Source of the DNA: an uncultured Ruminococcus sp.
GTDB taxonomy: Bacteria > Bacillota > Clostridia > Oscillospirales > Acutalibacteraceae
DNA length: 33,991 bases
Reading direction: 5' to 3'
NCBI GenBank assembly: GCA_902797065.1
Contig: CADBRK010000085.1
Span: forward strand, 1 to 33,991
This document shows, piece by piece, positions 7,313 to 17,352 of this stretch. The notes below the pieces were generated by a model. That model searched no databases. It saw only the letters and a list, made by a program, of their open reading frames with translations, and had not been told where the DNA came from. Every line of letters begins with the position of its first letter. Within the stretch, counting starts at the first letter, position 1. Made by a program: the position numbers and the translations under genes.

Positions 7313-8536
7313 TTAAAGCCTGTCAAGATATTCATATGAGTACAGAATATACCCGTCGGTTCCTTTTGTACGGGTGTACTCTATCTCTTTGCCGATAATG
7401 TCTTCTCCCGTTTTCCATGTGCCGTTGTCCTCGTCGCTGCCCGATTTGTACAGCGCAAGACCGATGTATAGATTAATCCTGCTGTCGGAGAGTATGTCTT
7501 TCCATGTGTCAACGGCGGTGTCAAACGGTAGGATCTCGTTTTCAAAATTTACATATATCTGAGGCGCAATATAGTCGAGATAGCCGTACTTTTCGCACCA
7601 TGTGTAGACGTCTGCGCCCATAGCAATGTCGTTGTCGATATTCCCCTGAGGTGAGATACCGAAAAGAATTGTGCTGTCGATGTTTTTTACTGCGGCGTAC
7701 ATTCCCGATACAAGTATGCTCACATTTGCGCAGCGCCATTTGTCGAGGGGCAGGACGGTAGTGCTTTGACCTACTGTTCCGTTGTACTCTTTGTAATCGG
7801 CGTCGTCGTACTCGCTTTCGGTGAACATATAGAAGTAGTCGTCGAGGTGGATACCGTCTACATCGTATTTTGCGGCGATCTCGCGCACACCGTCTATGAT
7901 AAGCTTCCTTGCTTCCGGGCGCGCAGGGTTGAGATACACTCCGCCGCTGCATTCTATCACGTTGCGGTCGTTTGTATCAATGCTGTCGTGCAGCCATTTA
8001 TAGCAGGGGCTTTCGGGCGGAATGTCGTTTAGTGTACCGTTCGACAATACTCTGTACGGGTTGACCCATGCGTGAAATTCAAGTCCTGCTTTGTGGGCGG
8101 CTTTTATCATGTATTCGAGCGGATCGTAGTCGGGCGCAGCGCTGCTCCCGGTAAAAATGGCTGAAAACGGGAATTCTTTAGAGGGGTATACGGCGTCGCA
8201 GTGCGAGCGTACATGTACGAACAGTGTGTTGATATTGCTGTCTTTTGCTTTTTGTACTATGCTGTCGAAATATGTATGGAACTCGTTTTCGCTCATGGTT
8301 TCGTTCCCGTTCGACAGCGAAAAATACGGTATCCATAAACCTCTCATTTCACCCTGATGAAAAACGTGTTCTTTTTTGGATACGGAGCTGCCTGAGGTTA
8401 CGGAGGGGTGCGCAGCGTCAACGGGCGTCATTGTTATTTTGTTGTCGCTTCCTCTGATACAGCACAGCATAACAATGACCGAAAACAGCGATACCGAGAG
8501 AAAAACAGGGAACAGCCTTTTTAAGTATTGTATCAA
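7313..8536 (-). CDS. Glycoside-hydrolase-like family 10 (GHL10/DUF187, YngK-like) exported protein.
   Basis: TTG start has an AAGGAAG RBS. The product has an N-terminal signal/TM segment and the motifs LWIPYFS, TLFVHVRSHCDAVYPS and LEFHAWVNPYRV. Confidence 0.8.
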   Translation of the reverse strand: MIQYLKRLFPVFLSVSLFSVIVMLCCIRGSDNKITMTPVDAAHPSVTSGSSVSKKEHVFHQGEMRGLWIPYFSLSNGNETMSENEFHTYFDSIVQKAKDSNINTLFVHVRSHCDAVYPSKEFPFSAIFTGSSAAPDYDPLEYMIKAAHKAGLEFHAWVNPYRVLSNGTLNDIPPESPCYKWLHDSIDTNDRNVIECSGGVYLNPARPEARKLIIDGVREIAAKYDVDGIHLDDYFYMFTESEYDDADYKEYNGTVGQSTTVLPLDKWRCANVSILVSGMYAAVKNIDSTILFGISPQGNIDNDIAMGADVYTWCEKYGYLDYIAPQIYVNFENEILPFDTAVDTWKDILSDSRINLYIGLALYKSGSDEDNGTWKTGEDIIGKEIEYTRTKGTDGYILYSYEYLDRL

Positions 8537-8609
8537 GTTACAGACTTCCTTTCGTCAATGATGAAGTTATTATATCACCGCTGAAGTGTCAAATGAGGTA
8601 AAAACGAGT

Positions 8610-9488
8610 ATGAGAATAAAATTTACAGTTCCCAAGGAATACGACGGAAAGCTTGTCAAAGAATTCCTGAGGAGAGAATGTCTGGTTTCTGCGACGCTTT
8701 TAACACAGCTCAAAAAAACCGGGAACGGCATCACGAATAACGGTGTTCATACACGATCAGTCGACAGAATAAAAACAGGCGACGTAATCGAAATAACTCT
8801 GCCCGAGGATAAAAACGAAATAAAACCCGTCGATCTCCCGATAAATATCATATATGAAGACGAGTACCTTATCGCAGTCGATAAGCCGCCCTATATGGCG
8901 GTACACCCTGTACACGGTCATATTGACGATACTCTTGCGAATGCACTTGCGTATTATTCAATGCAGAAGGGTGAGGTGTGGACATTCCGTGCGGTGAACC
9001 GGATAGACAGAGATACTTCGGGCGTGGTACTCATCGCAAAGAATATGTATTCTGCGCCCATACTATCATCAACGGCGAAGAAAAAGTATATAGCCGTATG
9101 CGAGGGCGAGATCAAACACGGCGGAACGGCAGATCAGCCGATCAGGCTCAAAGAAGGACATTCCATACAGAGAGAAACAGGCGAGGGCGGAGTCAATGCG
9201 GTGACGCACTATTACCCGATTAAGTACGGGAACGGTCATACGCTTACAGAGTTTGAGCTTGAAACAGGGCGGACTCATCAGATCAGAGTACATATGTCCG
9301 CAATTGGTCATCCGCTTGCGGGCGACGATATGTATGGCGGTTCTCTCGATAAGATAGGCAGACAGGCACTTCACTGCGCAAGCATTACCTTTGTGCACCC
9401 GAAAACACGCAAATATATGACGATCGAAAGTCCTGTTCCGAAGGAGTTCATCGAAATTATAGACGGGAGGTGTGCGTATGATACTTGA
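8610..9488 (+). CDS. RluA-family 23S rRNA pseudouridine synthase (RluD-like) with an N-terminal S4 domain.
   Basis: Motifs HRIDRDTSG-like (VNRIDRDTSGVVL) and GRTHQIRVHM. The start could be ATG 8610 or the upstream GTG 8586. Confidence 0.88.
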   Translation: MRIKFTVPKEYDGKLVKEFLRRECLVSATLLTQLKKTGNGITNNGVHTRSVDRIKTGDVIEITLPEDKNEIKPVDLPINIIYEDEYLIAVDKPPYMAVHPVHGHIDDTLANALAYYSMQKGEVWTFRAVNRIDRDTSGVVLIAKNMYSAPILSSTAKKKYIAVCEGEIKHGGTADQPIRLKEGHSIQRETGEGGVNAVTHYYPIKYGNGHTLTEFELETGRTHQIRVHMSAIGHPLAGDDMYGGSLDKIGRQALHCASITFVHPKTRKYMTIESPVPKEFIEIIDGRCAYDT

Positions 9489-9963
9489 ACATAAGTTTGA
9501 ACCTGTATTCGACAATAATTCAAAGGTGCTCATTCTCGGCAGTTTCCCGTCTGTGAAATCACGTGAACAGGGGTTTTATTACGGACATCCGCAAAACCGT
9601 TTCTGGCGGTTGATTGCCCAGATATGCTGCTGTGACGTGCCGTGTACCATAGACGAAAAGAAAGATCTGTGCATTTCAAACGGTATAGCGCTGTGGGATA
9701 CCGTTGCTTCGTGCGAGATAGAAGGGTCAAGCGACAGCAGTATAAAAAACGTAAAACCGAATGATCTTAGCGTCATTACGGGCAGCTGCGGCATAAAAGC
9801 GATATTCACAAACGGCGGTACTGCGTATAGGCTGTTTGTGAAGTATCAGCAGAATGTAATAAACAGAACGGCAGTAAAGCTGCCCTCGACAAGTCCTGCA
9901 AATGCCGCATGGAGCTTTGAACGTCTGTACAACGAATGGAAGATAATAGAAAAGTATTTATAG
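9472..9963 (+). CDS. DNA-deoxyinosine (hypoxanthine) glycosylase, UDG superfamily.
   Basis: Motifs ILGSFPS..S....FYYGHP.NRFW and LWD are present. It overlaps the upstream gene by 17 nt. Confidence 0.75.
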   Translation: MRMILEHKFEPVFDNNSKVLILGSFPSVKSREQGFYYGHPQNRFWRLIAQICCCDVPCTIDEKKDLCISNGIALWDTVASCEIEGSSDSSIKNVKPNDLSVITGSCGIKAIFTNGGTAYRLFVKYQQNVINRTAVKLPSTSPANAAWSFERLYNEWKIIEKYL

Positions 9964-9991
9964 CTGCGGCAGAAAATACCGCAGCTTTTTT
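9962..9991 (+). terminator. Rho-independent terminator.
   Basis: Stem AGCTGCGG (9962-9969) / CCGCAGCT (9979-9986) followed by TTTTT. Confidence 0.85.
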
Positions 9992-10020
9992 GCATAGTTG
10001 GGGAATTTCCGGAAATAATA
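9992..10020 (+). promoter_or_regulatory. Possible forespore sigma-G-type promoter for the ger operon.
   Basis: GCATA (9992-9996), a 17-nt spacer, then AATAATA (10014-10020). Compare the Bacillus sigma-G consensus GHATR-N17/18-CATNNTA. Ger receptor operons are sigma-G dependent in Bacillus. Confidence 0.35.
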
Positions 10021-10038
10021 CCGACAGGAGGCGAGAGA

Positions 10039-11568
10039 ATGAAAAGAATACTGTCTGCATTTAAGCGATTTTATAACCCGCCGAAGCACCCCGACCGCAA
10101 AACAAAACCTATCCCGATAAGCGATGATCTTCGGACGAATATTGAAACGCTGAAAGAATTATTCGACAATTCAAGCGACCTTACGATAAAAGAGATCGCT
10201 CTGAAAGCCGGAGATCGTGAGACGAGAATTGCAGTCGTCACGATGGAAGGGCTTGTCGATAAAGAAACTCTCGCCGCAAGCATAACGAACCCCATTTCAA
10301 ATTATATCGGGATAACCGCCGATCATGATGATATTACAACTCTGCTTGAAAACGACGTTATCACGTGCAGCGACCATACCGAAGTAACCGACCTTTCGGA
10401 GCTGTCAAAGCTCGTTATGTCCGGCTTTGCGGCAGTGCTGCCCGACGGAGCAAATAAAGCCGTTGCAGTCGGCGTGCAGGGGTTTGCGTACAGGGGAGTT
10501 GAAGAACCCGATACGGAATCGGTGCAGCGAGGTTCGAGAGAGGGTTTCGTCGAACCGCTGCGGATAAACATCTCGATGATACGCCGCAGGCTAAAAACGC
10601 CCATGCTGAAATTCGAGACAATGACTCTGGGATATACGTCAAACACCGACATATGTATTTGTTATCTGAGGAATGCCGTATCCGACGAGATACTCGACAC
10701 GCTCAGAACACGATTGAAGAAAGTCGATCTGAACACGCTGTTTGCGTCGGGTTATCTGCTGTCTTATATCGACGACGACGGCGACAATACCATGTTCCCG
10801 ACGGTTGGTGTGACCGAACGACCCGACACCGCCTGCGCCAAACTCTGTGAGGGGCGTATAGTTATAATTGTAGACGGCACTCCGAGCGTATTGTATGTGC
10901 CGCATCTTATGACCGAAAATTTCCACACCTTTGACGATTACACAAACAGACCGTTCTTCTCTACAATAGCCCGTCTGCTTAAATATCTGTCGTTTTTCAC
11001 GGCGATACTTCTTCCGGCGGTGTATGTTGCGTTTGCGTCGTACAATCCCGAATTCTTCCCGGCGCAGCTGCTGACGAAGGTTTCCGGGGCGGTATCGCAC
11101 ACGCCGTTTTCGATCTTCTCCGAGGTGCTGCTGTTTACATTCATATACGAGATCATGCGTGAGGCGGGGCTGCGGCTTCCGAAAACTCTCGGGCATGCGG
11201 TGAGTATTATCGGCGGTCTTGTCATCGGCGACACTGCAGTTAATTCGGGGTTTATCGGTGCGCCTACTCTTATGATCGTTGCGCTGACGGTGATATGCTC
11301 GTATATCATACCCGATCTGTACGCGTCCGTTGCGATACTCAGAGTGTTGTTTATAATTGCGGCTGGTGCGTTCGGCATATGGGGCGTTGTGATTCTGCTG
11401 TGTATGCTGCTGACGTACCTGTCGTCGAAATCAAGCTTCGGAATACCGTTTTTTGCGCCTGTATCGCCGTTCGGTCTGTTCGGTATGCGGGATACTGTCG
11501 TTCGGGCAAGCTGGAGTACGCTGTCAAGACGTAATATGAAGGTTCAGGAAATTGGTATTCAGGAATAA
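10039..11568 (+). CDS. Spore germinant receptor A subunit (GerAA/GerKA family).
   Basis: The 509-aa product has a soluble N-terminal domain plus a C-terminal multi-TM region typical of GerA-family A subunits. AGGAGG RBS is present. Confidence 0.88.
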   Translation: MKRILSAFKRFYNPPKHPDRKTKPIPISDDLRTNIETLKELFDNSSDLTIKEIALKAGDRETRIAVVTMEGLVDKETLAASITNPISNYIGITADHDDITTLLENDVITCSDHTEVTDLSELSKLVMSGFAAVLPDGANKAVAVGVQGFAYRGVEEPDTESVQRGSREGFVEPLRINISMIRRRLKTPMLKFETMTLGYTSNTDICICYLRNAVSDEILDTLRTRLKKVDLNTLFASGYLLSYIDDDGDNTMFPTVGVTERPDTACAKLCEGRIVIIVDGTPSVLYVPHLMTENFHTFDDYTNRPFFSTIARLLKYLSFFTAILLPAVYVAFASYNPEFFPAQLLTKVSGAVSHTPFSIFSEVLLFTFIYEIMREAGLRLPKTLGHAVSIIGGLVIGDTAVNSGFIGAPTLMIVALTVICSYIIPDLYASVAILRVLFIIAAGAFGIWGVVILLCMLLTYLSSKSSFGIPFFAPVSPFGLFGMRDTVVRASWSTLSRRNMKVQEIGIQE

Positions 11569-11581
11569 GGAGATCAGATAT

Positions 11582-13681
11582 ATGCTTCACAAAAACAATC
11601 CGACTTCTCTCGAATGGGTATGTATCCTGCTTTCGGGTTCGCTGTTCACTGCGCTGTCGTACTCTGTGTTTACCGCAGGGAGGATCAATATTCTGATATA
11701 CGCCGTATCGCAGGCTGCGGTTTTTATTTTTATGTTCTTGATTACGCTGCCGCTCAAACGCTATTTCGGGAAATTCGATAGCCCGATAGTATTACAGGCT
11801 AAATCGGGGAGTGCCGTTTTAAATGCGGTGTTGTCCGTTGTCTATTCGCTCTATTTTATGTACGCCGCTGCCGTGACGATAATTATCGGCGCAATATTCA
11901 TAAAAACGTATATCGACAATAATCTTCCCGTTACTCTGTTCGCCGTTCTGGTAGCCGTATGCGGTTATCTGTCTGCAAAGAGGGGAATAAACGGTATCGC
12001 AGGAAGTACGGTCATACTCACAATGCTGTCGGGCGCAGCCGTGCTGTTTGTTTTTATTTCGCTGATATTTCGTGCGGATATGCTGAACTTCTCGTATGTC
12101 TATTCGCTTGATTTTTCCGATATAAGCCGATCGGCGGTGTATTCGCTGTCGGGTGCGGTGCTGCTGCCGTGTGTGCTTATGTTCGGGAGAACCGCAGAAG
12201 AAAAACCGCACAAGGGCGTCAATATCTGGATAACACTGTCGTTTGCTTTGTGTATTTCGATAGCCGTAATGACATATGCCGTATCGGGCGAGTATTCAAA
12301 TTATACAAAGTTCCCGTTTTATACATCTGCGCAGCTGCTTGAGGCAGGTTCGTTCAAAAGGCTTGACGTGCTTTTCCTTATGCTGTGGGTGATAGGTATA
12401 TATATAAATATATCGGTGTTGCTTTCGTCGCTCAAAGAGGTTATGTATATGACGTATGAATCGGTAACGGCAAAAAGAGTATTTGTTGCAGGGGTGATAA
12501 CAGTGACGGCAGTTTCGGCAGTATCGTTCAAATACGATGAATTGAGAGATATTCTGCTCGATCACTTTTTTGTTACGCTGCTGATAATTCTGACAGTGTT
12601 TATACTGCCCGGGCTGTTCCTTGTCTTTAACAGACCACGCAGGAAAAAGCGTACTGCTGCGGCTGTGCTGGCACTATTGACTGTTCTTTCGTCGTTTGCG
12701 CTGTCGGGCTGCGGAAAAACCGAGATACAGGACAGACTTATCGTCAAGGGCATAGGCGTAGATAAAACTACAGACGGGTATGACGTCACGGTACAGTATA
12801 CAGATACATCTTCGGGCGAAGATAAGCAGGAAAACAGATGTTTTGCCGTGTCGGGCGCGAGTATAGCGGACGCTGTGGGGAAGATAAAGAACAGTATCGG
12901 TCTTGAACCGTTTTTCGGGCAGCTCAGCGCGGTAACGGTGGGTTACGATTCGGCGGAGGATATGGATATTGCCGCCGACTATTTCATGAGAAGATCGGAT
13001 GTGCGCCCTTCCGTTAAGCTGTATCTGAGCCGGACGACCGCCGGGGATATTCTGAGATTCGAGAAGGACGGCTCAGTCATGCCGATAGATACGCTGACGT
13101 CTATATCTCCCGAATTCTCGGTCAAAAGCAACGATTACACATTGTTAAGCTATATAAACGCACGTATCGACCCATGCAGGACTCCTGCCGTAACGGTGCT
13201 GAAATGCGCCGATACCATACGATTGGCGACCGTGGCGGTGTTCGGCTGTGAGGGCGTATATATGCTTGATGACGATAGCTTCACCGCATATAAGCTTCTG
13301 CACGGCAAGCTTGATGAAAGCGTTCTTTCGGCGCAAGGCGTTTCATGCCGTGTGGAGAAGTGCAGAAATCATATTTCCGTCGATTATAACGGCGGCGGGA
13401 TCGCTTTCTACACCGTCAGTGATCTGAATATCGTTATCTCGGAAAACGCCGGTCATCTGCACGATGATGAAGTCTGCGGCATTATTGAACGGTACCTCGA
13501 ACGTCTCGTTAATGATTCTGCGGAAACAATACTGAAAAATAATCGTGACGACGTCTTTGAGTTGGGGCGTCATTTGGTGAATTTTAACAGGAATAGCGAT
13601 AATGCGTATGAGGTGTACAGAGAATTATTATCCGACTGCGAAGTTAATGTTAACGTCAAATGCAAAATTGTTAATAATTAG
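11582..13681 (+). CDS. Fused germinant receptor B subunit (APC-like permease, about 10 TM) and C subunit (GerAC lipoprotein domain) in a single ORF.
   Basis: ATG 11582 has an AAGGAG RBS. The first roughly 350 aa are polytopic. The sequence then reads RRKKRTAAAVLALLTVLSSFALSGC (Cys codon 12710-12712), a lipoprotein signal with lipobox, followed by a GerAC-like IVKGIGVDK...YDVTVQ domain. Confidence 0.8.
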   Translation: MLHKNNPTSLEWVCILLSGSLFTALSYSVFTAGRINILIYAVSQAAVFIFMFLITLPLKRYFGKFDSPIVLQAKSGSAVLNAVLSVVYSLYFMYAAAVTIIIGAIFIKTYIDNNLPVTLFAVLVAVCGYLSAKRGINGIAGSTVILTMLSGAAVLFVFISLIFRADMLNFSYVYSLDFSDISRSAVYSLSGAVLLPCVLMFGRTAEEKPHKGVNIWITLSFALCISIAVMTYAVSGEYSNYTKFPFYTSAQLLEAGSFKRLDVLFLMLWVIGIYINISVLLSSLKEVMYMTYESVTAKRVFVAGVITVTAVSAVSFKYDELRDILLDHFFVTLLIILTVFILPGLFLVFNRPRRKKRTAAAVLALLTVLSSFALSGCGKTEIQDRLIVKGIGVDKTTDGYDVTVQYTDTSSGEDKQENRCFAVSGASIADAVGKIKNSIGLEPFFGQLSAVTVGYDSAEDMDIAADYFMRRSDVRPSVKLYLSRTTAGDILRFEKDGSVMPIDTLTSISPEFSVKSNDYTLLSYINARIDPCRTPAVTVLKCADTIRLATVAVFGCEGVYMLDDDSFTAYKLLHGKLDESVLSAQGVSCRVEKCRNHISVDYNGGGIAFYTVSDLNIVISENAGHLHDDEVCGIIERYLERLVNDSAETILKNNRDDVFELGRHLVNFNRNSDNAYEVYRELLSDCEVNVNVKCKIVNN

Positions 13682-13825
13682 CCTGCGTTATTTGTAGTTA
13701 TTTAACAAAAAATTAAGAAACTATTTTTTGAAATACCCCTTTAAAAAAATATGAAAATATTGTATAATAGATTTAAGATGAAGAAAGTGTACGTTTCATT
13801 TTTTTTTTAGAAGGGGAATGGTTAT

Positions 13826-14764
13826 ATGGCAAACTCGGTAACGTTGGGAACCATCATCGAAGAATTTTCTCTGGAGATCATCTATACTCCGAAAGACCCG
13901 AAGGATATTCTCGTGACGGTTGCGGATTACAACAGACCCGGACTTGAACTGACGGGTTATCTTGATTATTTTGACAAAAACAGACTTATCATAATAGGAC
14001 TTAAAGAATACTATTACTTTGAGCGAATGACCCCGGAAGAGCGTACCGAGTCTCTGGAGAGATTTTTGTCGCTCGTTCCGCCTGCAATGATCTTCTGCCG
14101 AGGGCTGCTGCCCTTTGACGAGATGAAGAACGTCGCCGCAATGTACGGCGTTGCGCTGCTTGTATCTTCCGAGGCAACGTCCGACCTTACCGCTTCGCTT
14201 GTATCATCTCTTAATGTACACCTTGCGCCCACGGTAACACGTCACGGCGTACTCGTTGAAGTATACGGCGAAGGTCTGCTTCTGATGGGCGACAGCGGTA
14301 TCGGTAAGAGCGAAACGGCGATCGAGCTTATCAAGAGAGGTCACCGTCTTATCGCAGACGACGCCGTGGAGATAAAAAGAGTGTCGAGCAAAACGCTTGT
14401 AGGTTCAGCCCCCGAAAATATACGCCACTTCATCGAGCTGAGAGGTATCGGCATTATCAACGCAAGGCGTATTTACGGTATGGGCGCCGTTAAGATGACC
14501 GAAAGAATTGATATGGTAATCAAGCTTGAGCTTTGGGACAATACCAAGATATACGACAGAATGGGCATGGATACGGAGTTTATCGAGATACTCGGCAACA
14601 AGGTACCTACGATAACCATACCCGTGAAGCCCGGACGTAACCTTGCGGTTATTATCGAAGCGGCCGCCATGAATAACAGACAGAAGAAGATGGGCTACAA
14701 TGCGGCTAAAGAGCTGCTTTCAAAACTCGGGATGGCGTACGATCTCGGCGCAGGCAACGAGTAA
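13826..14764 (+). CDS. hprK: HPr kinase/phosphorylase.
   Basis: Walker A GDSGIGKSE and the ADD.V, ELRG.GI signature are present. The product is 312 aa. Confidence 0.93.
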   Translation: MANSVTLGTIIEEFSLEIIYTPKDPKDILVTVADYNRPGLELTGYLDYFDKNRLIIIGLKEYYYFERMTPEERTESLERFLSLVPPAMIFCRGLLPFDEMKNVAAMYGVALLVSSEATSDLTASLVSSLNVHLAPTVTRHGVLVEVYGEGLLLMGDSGIGKSETAIELIKRGHRLIADDAVEIKRVSSKTLVGSAPENIRHFIELRGIGIINARRIYGMGAVKMTERIDMVIKLELWDNTKIYDRMGMDTEFIEILGNKVPTITIPVKPGRNLAVIIEAAAMNNRQKKMGYNAAKELLSKLGMAYDLGAGNE

Positions 14765-14775
14765 GGAGGCAGTAT

Positions 14776-15513
14776 ATGAAAATAATTGCAGATATGCATA
14801 CTCATACCATCGCGTCTACACATGCGTACGGCACGGTAAACGAGATGGTACGGCAGGCGGCGGATATAGGTCTGTATGCGATAGGTATCACCGACCACGG
14901 CCCTGCTATGCCCGGCTGCCCGAGAGAATGGTATTTCAATAACTTCGCCGCTATACCCTCTACATATCTCGGAGTGAGAGTTCTTATGGGCGCAGAGGCG
15001 AACATAACAGATTTTGACGGTAATCTCGATCTTCCCAAAGAGAATCTCGACAGGCTCGAATGGATAGTGGCGTCGCTCCACTTGCCCACGCTCGACATGA
15101 GCATTATCAAGCCCACTATAGAAACCTGTACTGCTCTGTATCTCAATGCGGCGGAGAATCCGTACATCAATGTGATAGGCCACAGCGACTCGCCGTTCTT
15201 TGCATATGATTACGAGAAGGTAATACCTGTTTTTGCCGAGAAGGGCAAGCTTGTGGAGATAAACGACGCAACGTTCAAGAGAAAAAGGGACTGCGTCGAA
15301 AACTGTATCAGAATAGCAAAGATATGCAAAAAAGTCGGCGCGCCCGTAATTGTGAACACCGACGCGCATTTTATGACAGACCTTGGCAAAGCAGAAGGTT
15401 CGCTTCGTATGCTTGAGGAGATAAACTTCCCCGAAGAACTGGTAGTTAATTCACCTGTCGAGAGATTCGAGAAGTATCTTACCGAGCATAATTTGCCGCT
15501 CAGACAATTATAA
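14776..15513 (+). CDS. PHP-domain phosphoesterase (YcdX-like).
   Basis: N-terminal DMHTHT motif plus ITDHGP and NTDAH. AAGGAGG RBS is present. Confidence 0.8.
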   Translation: MKIIADMHTHTIASTHAYGTVNEMVRQAADIGLYAIGITDHGPAMPGCPREWYFNNFAAIPSTYLGVRVLMGAEANITDFDGNLDLPKENLDRLEWIVASLHLPTLDMSIIKPTIETCTALYLNAAENPYINVIGHSDSPFFAYDYEKVIPVFAEKGKLVEINDATFKRKRDCVENCIRIAKICKKVGAPVIVNTDAHFMTDLGKAEGSLRMLEEINFPEELVVNSPVERFEKYLTEHNLPLRQL

Positions 15514-15544
15514 ATATAACAAAACGATTAATGCGAGGATATAT

Positions 15545-16456
15545 ATGAATAATAATAAAAACACAGAACATGTCATTTCGGCTGCCGAAGCTTTGGGCTG
15601 CTGCGTAAAGCGTGACGAACCGCTGTCGAAGTACACTACATTCAAGATCGGCGGGGCTGCGTCTGCGGTTATCACTGTCGAGAGTATAACGGTGCTTTCT
15701 CAGCTGCTCGCACTTTGCAGAGAGCACGGTGTACAGCGCATGATAATCGGCAACGGCTCGAACCTTCTTGCGGATGACGACGGTTATGACGGCGTTGTCC
15801 TAAAGCTTGAAGGCGACTTCAAAAGCATCACTTCCGACGGCGAGATCGTCAGGTGCGGCTCGGGCGTTACTCTTGCGACGCTGTGCAAATTTGCGAGAGA
15901 TCACAGCCTCGGCGGAATAGAATTCGCATGGGGCATTCCGGGAACAGTCGGCGGCGCAGCGTTTATGAATGCAGGTGCGTACGGCGGAGAGATGAAGGAC
16001 GTTATTCTCTCCACATCATACATAACAAGCGACGGCATTACCGGATCATATGTCGGAGGAGAGAACGACTTTTCATACCGTCACAGCGTATATTCGGATA
16101 AAGATTACGTCATCACTGCTGTTACTTTTAAGCTTGCAGTCGATGATCCCGTGCTGATAAAGGAACGCATGGACGATTTCATGACACGAAGAAAAACAAA
16201 GCAGCCGCTTGATTACCCGAGCGCAGGCAGCGTTTTCAAACGCCCGGAAGGGTTCTATGCCGGTCAGCTGATCGAAGAATGCGGACTCAAAGGGTACAGT
16301 ATCGGAGGAGCGCAGGTAAGCGAAAAACACGCAGGATTTATTATCAACAAGGGCGGCGCAACGTGCAGCGACGTCTGCCGCCTGGTAGAACACATACAGA
16401 AAACCGTCAAAGAAAACAAAGGCGTCACGCTTGAATGCGAGATCAGAAGAATATAA
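15545..16456 (+). CDS. murB: UDP-N-acetylenolpyruvoylglucosamine reductase.
   Basis: FAD-binding pattern TTFKIGG.A, GNGSNLL and the C-terminal SAGSVFKRP motif. The product is 303 aa. Confidence 0.92.
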   Translation: MNNNKNTEHVISAAEALGCCVKRDEPLSKYTTFKIGGAASAVITVESITVLSQLLALCREHGVQRMIIGNGSNLLADDDGYDGVVLKLEGDFKSITSDGEIVRCGSGVTLATLCKFARDHSLGGIEFAWGIPGTVGGAAFMNAGAYGGEMKDVILSTSYITSDGITGSYVGGENDFSYRHSVYSDKDYVITAVTFKLAVDDPVLIKERMDDFMTRRKTKQPLDYPSAGSVFKRPEGFYAGQLIEECGLKGYSIGGAQVSEKHAGFIINKGGATCSDVCRLVEHIQKTVKENKGVTLECEIRRI

Positions 16457-16474
16457 TTTAAGGTAGTGATTTGT

Positions 16475-17341
16475 ATGGAGTTTATTATAGTAAGCGGTAT
16501 CTCGGGCGCGGGCAAAACGTCGGCTCTCCACGCCATGGAGGATATAGGCTTTTACTGCGTTGACAATATCCCGCCCGCACTTCTGAGTACTTTTTACGAG
16601 CTGTGCGATAAATCTTCGGATATGCGAATGAAGCGTATCGCCGTGGTCCTCGATATCCGTGTGGGTAATTTCTACGAGGAGTTCTCGGCGGCTGTCGCAA
16701 AGCTGAGGAAAGATAATTACCACTATAAGACGCTGTTCCTTGACGCAAGCAACGATGTTATCGTCAGACGGTTCCGCGCTACGAGAAGAAAACACCCGCT
16801 TTGCCCGGACGCGTCCATATACACTATAAGCGACGCTGTAGACCTGGAAAGAGGTCTGCTGATGAAGCTAAAGCAGTCTGCCGATTATCTGATAGATACT
16901 TCGTATCTTTCGAGCGCACAGCTTAAAGAGAGAATTTCGACTTTGTTCCTGGAAAACGAAATATCTGCGCTTGCCGTTACATGCGTATCGTTCGGATTCA
17001 AGTACGGAGTACCGACGGAAGCGGATATTATGTTCGACGTAAGGTGTCTGCCCAATCCGTTCTATATCGAAGAACTGAAATACAAAAACGGTCTTGACGC
17101 GCCTGTCAGGGATTATGTTATGAAGTGGGAGCAGACGCAGGGGCTGATGGCAAAGATGATAGATTACATAGACTACACGCTGCCGCTTTACGCAGACGAG
17201 GGCAAAGCCCAGCTTGTGATAGCGATCGGCTGTACGGGAGGAAAGCACCGTTCGGTTGCGCTCACGCAGGCTGTTTACGATCATCTGATAGAGAACAAGC
17301 ATAAAGTCAGCGTACATCACAGGGACATCGGAAAGGCTTAA
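16475..17341 (+). CDS. rapZ: RNase adapter / nucleotide-binding protein RapZ (YvcJ).
   Basis: MEFIIVSGISGAGKTSA P-loop, VDN.P and a C-terminal GCTGGKHRSV motif. The alternative GTG start at 16466 is less likely. Confidence 0.9.
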   Translation: MEFIIVSGISGAGKTSALHAMEDIGFYCVDNIPPALLSTFYELCDKSSDMRMKRIAVVLDIRVGNFYEEFSAAVAKLRKDNYHYKTLFLDASNDVIVRRFRATRRKHPLCPDASIYTISDAVDLERGLLMKLKQSADYLIDTSYLSSAQLKERISTLFLENEISALAVTCVSFGFKYGVPTEADIMFDVRCLPNPFYIEELKYKNGLDAPVRDYVMKWEQTQGLMAKMIDYIDYTLPLYADEGKAQLVIAIGCTGGKHRSVALTQAVYDHLIENKHKVSVHHRDIGKA

Positions 17342-17352
17342 GGTGGATCTCA

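Noticed and set aside
12640-12712. An independent internal start for the GerAC part.
   Set aside because: There is no in-frame ATG. The only in-frame GTG (about 12665) lacks a properly spaced RBS and would remove the positively charged n-region of the signal peptide.
13728-13768. TTGAAA and TATAAT hexamers upstream of hprK, considered as a promoter.
   Set aside because: The spacing is 29 nt, far from the 17 +/- 1 optimum. Only the TATAAT (13763-13768) is credible, and no matching -35 was found.
16073-16795. A 240-aa minus-strand ORF spanning the murB/rapZ junction.
   Set aside because: It is antisense to two confidently identified genes, has no recognisable domain and is a shadow ORF.
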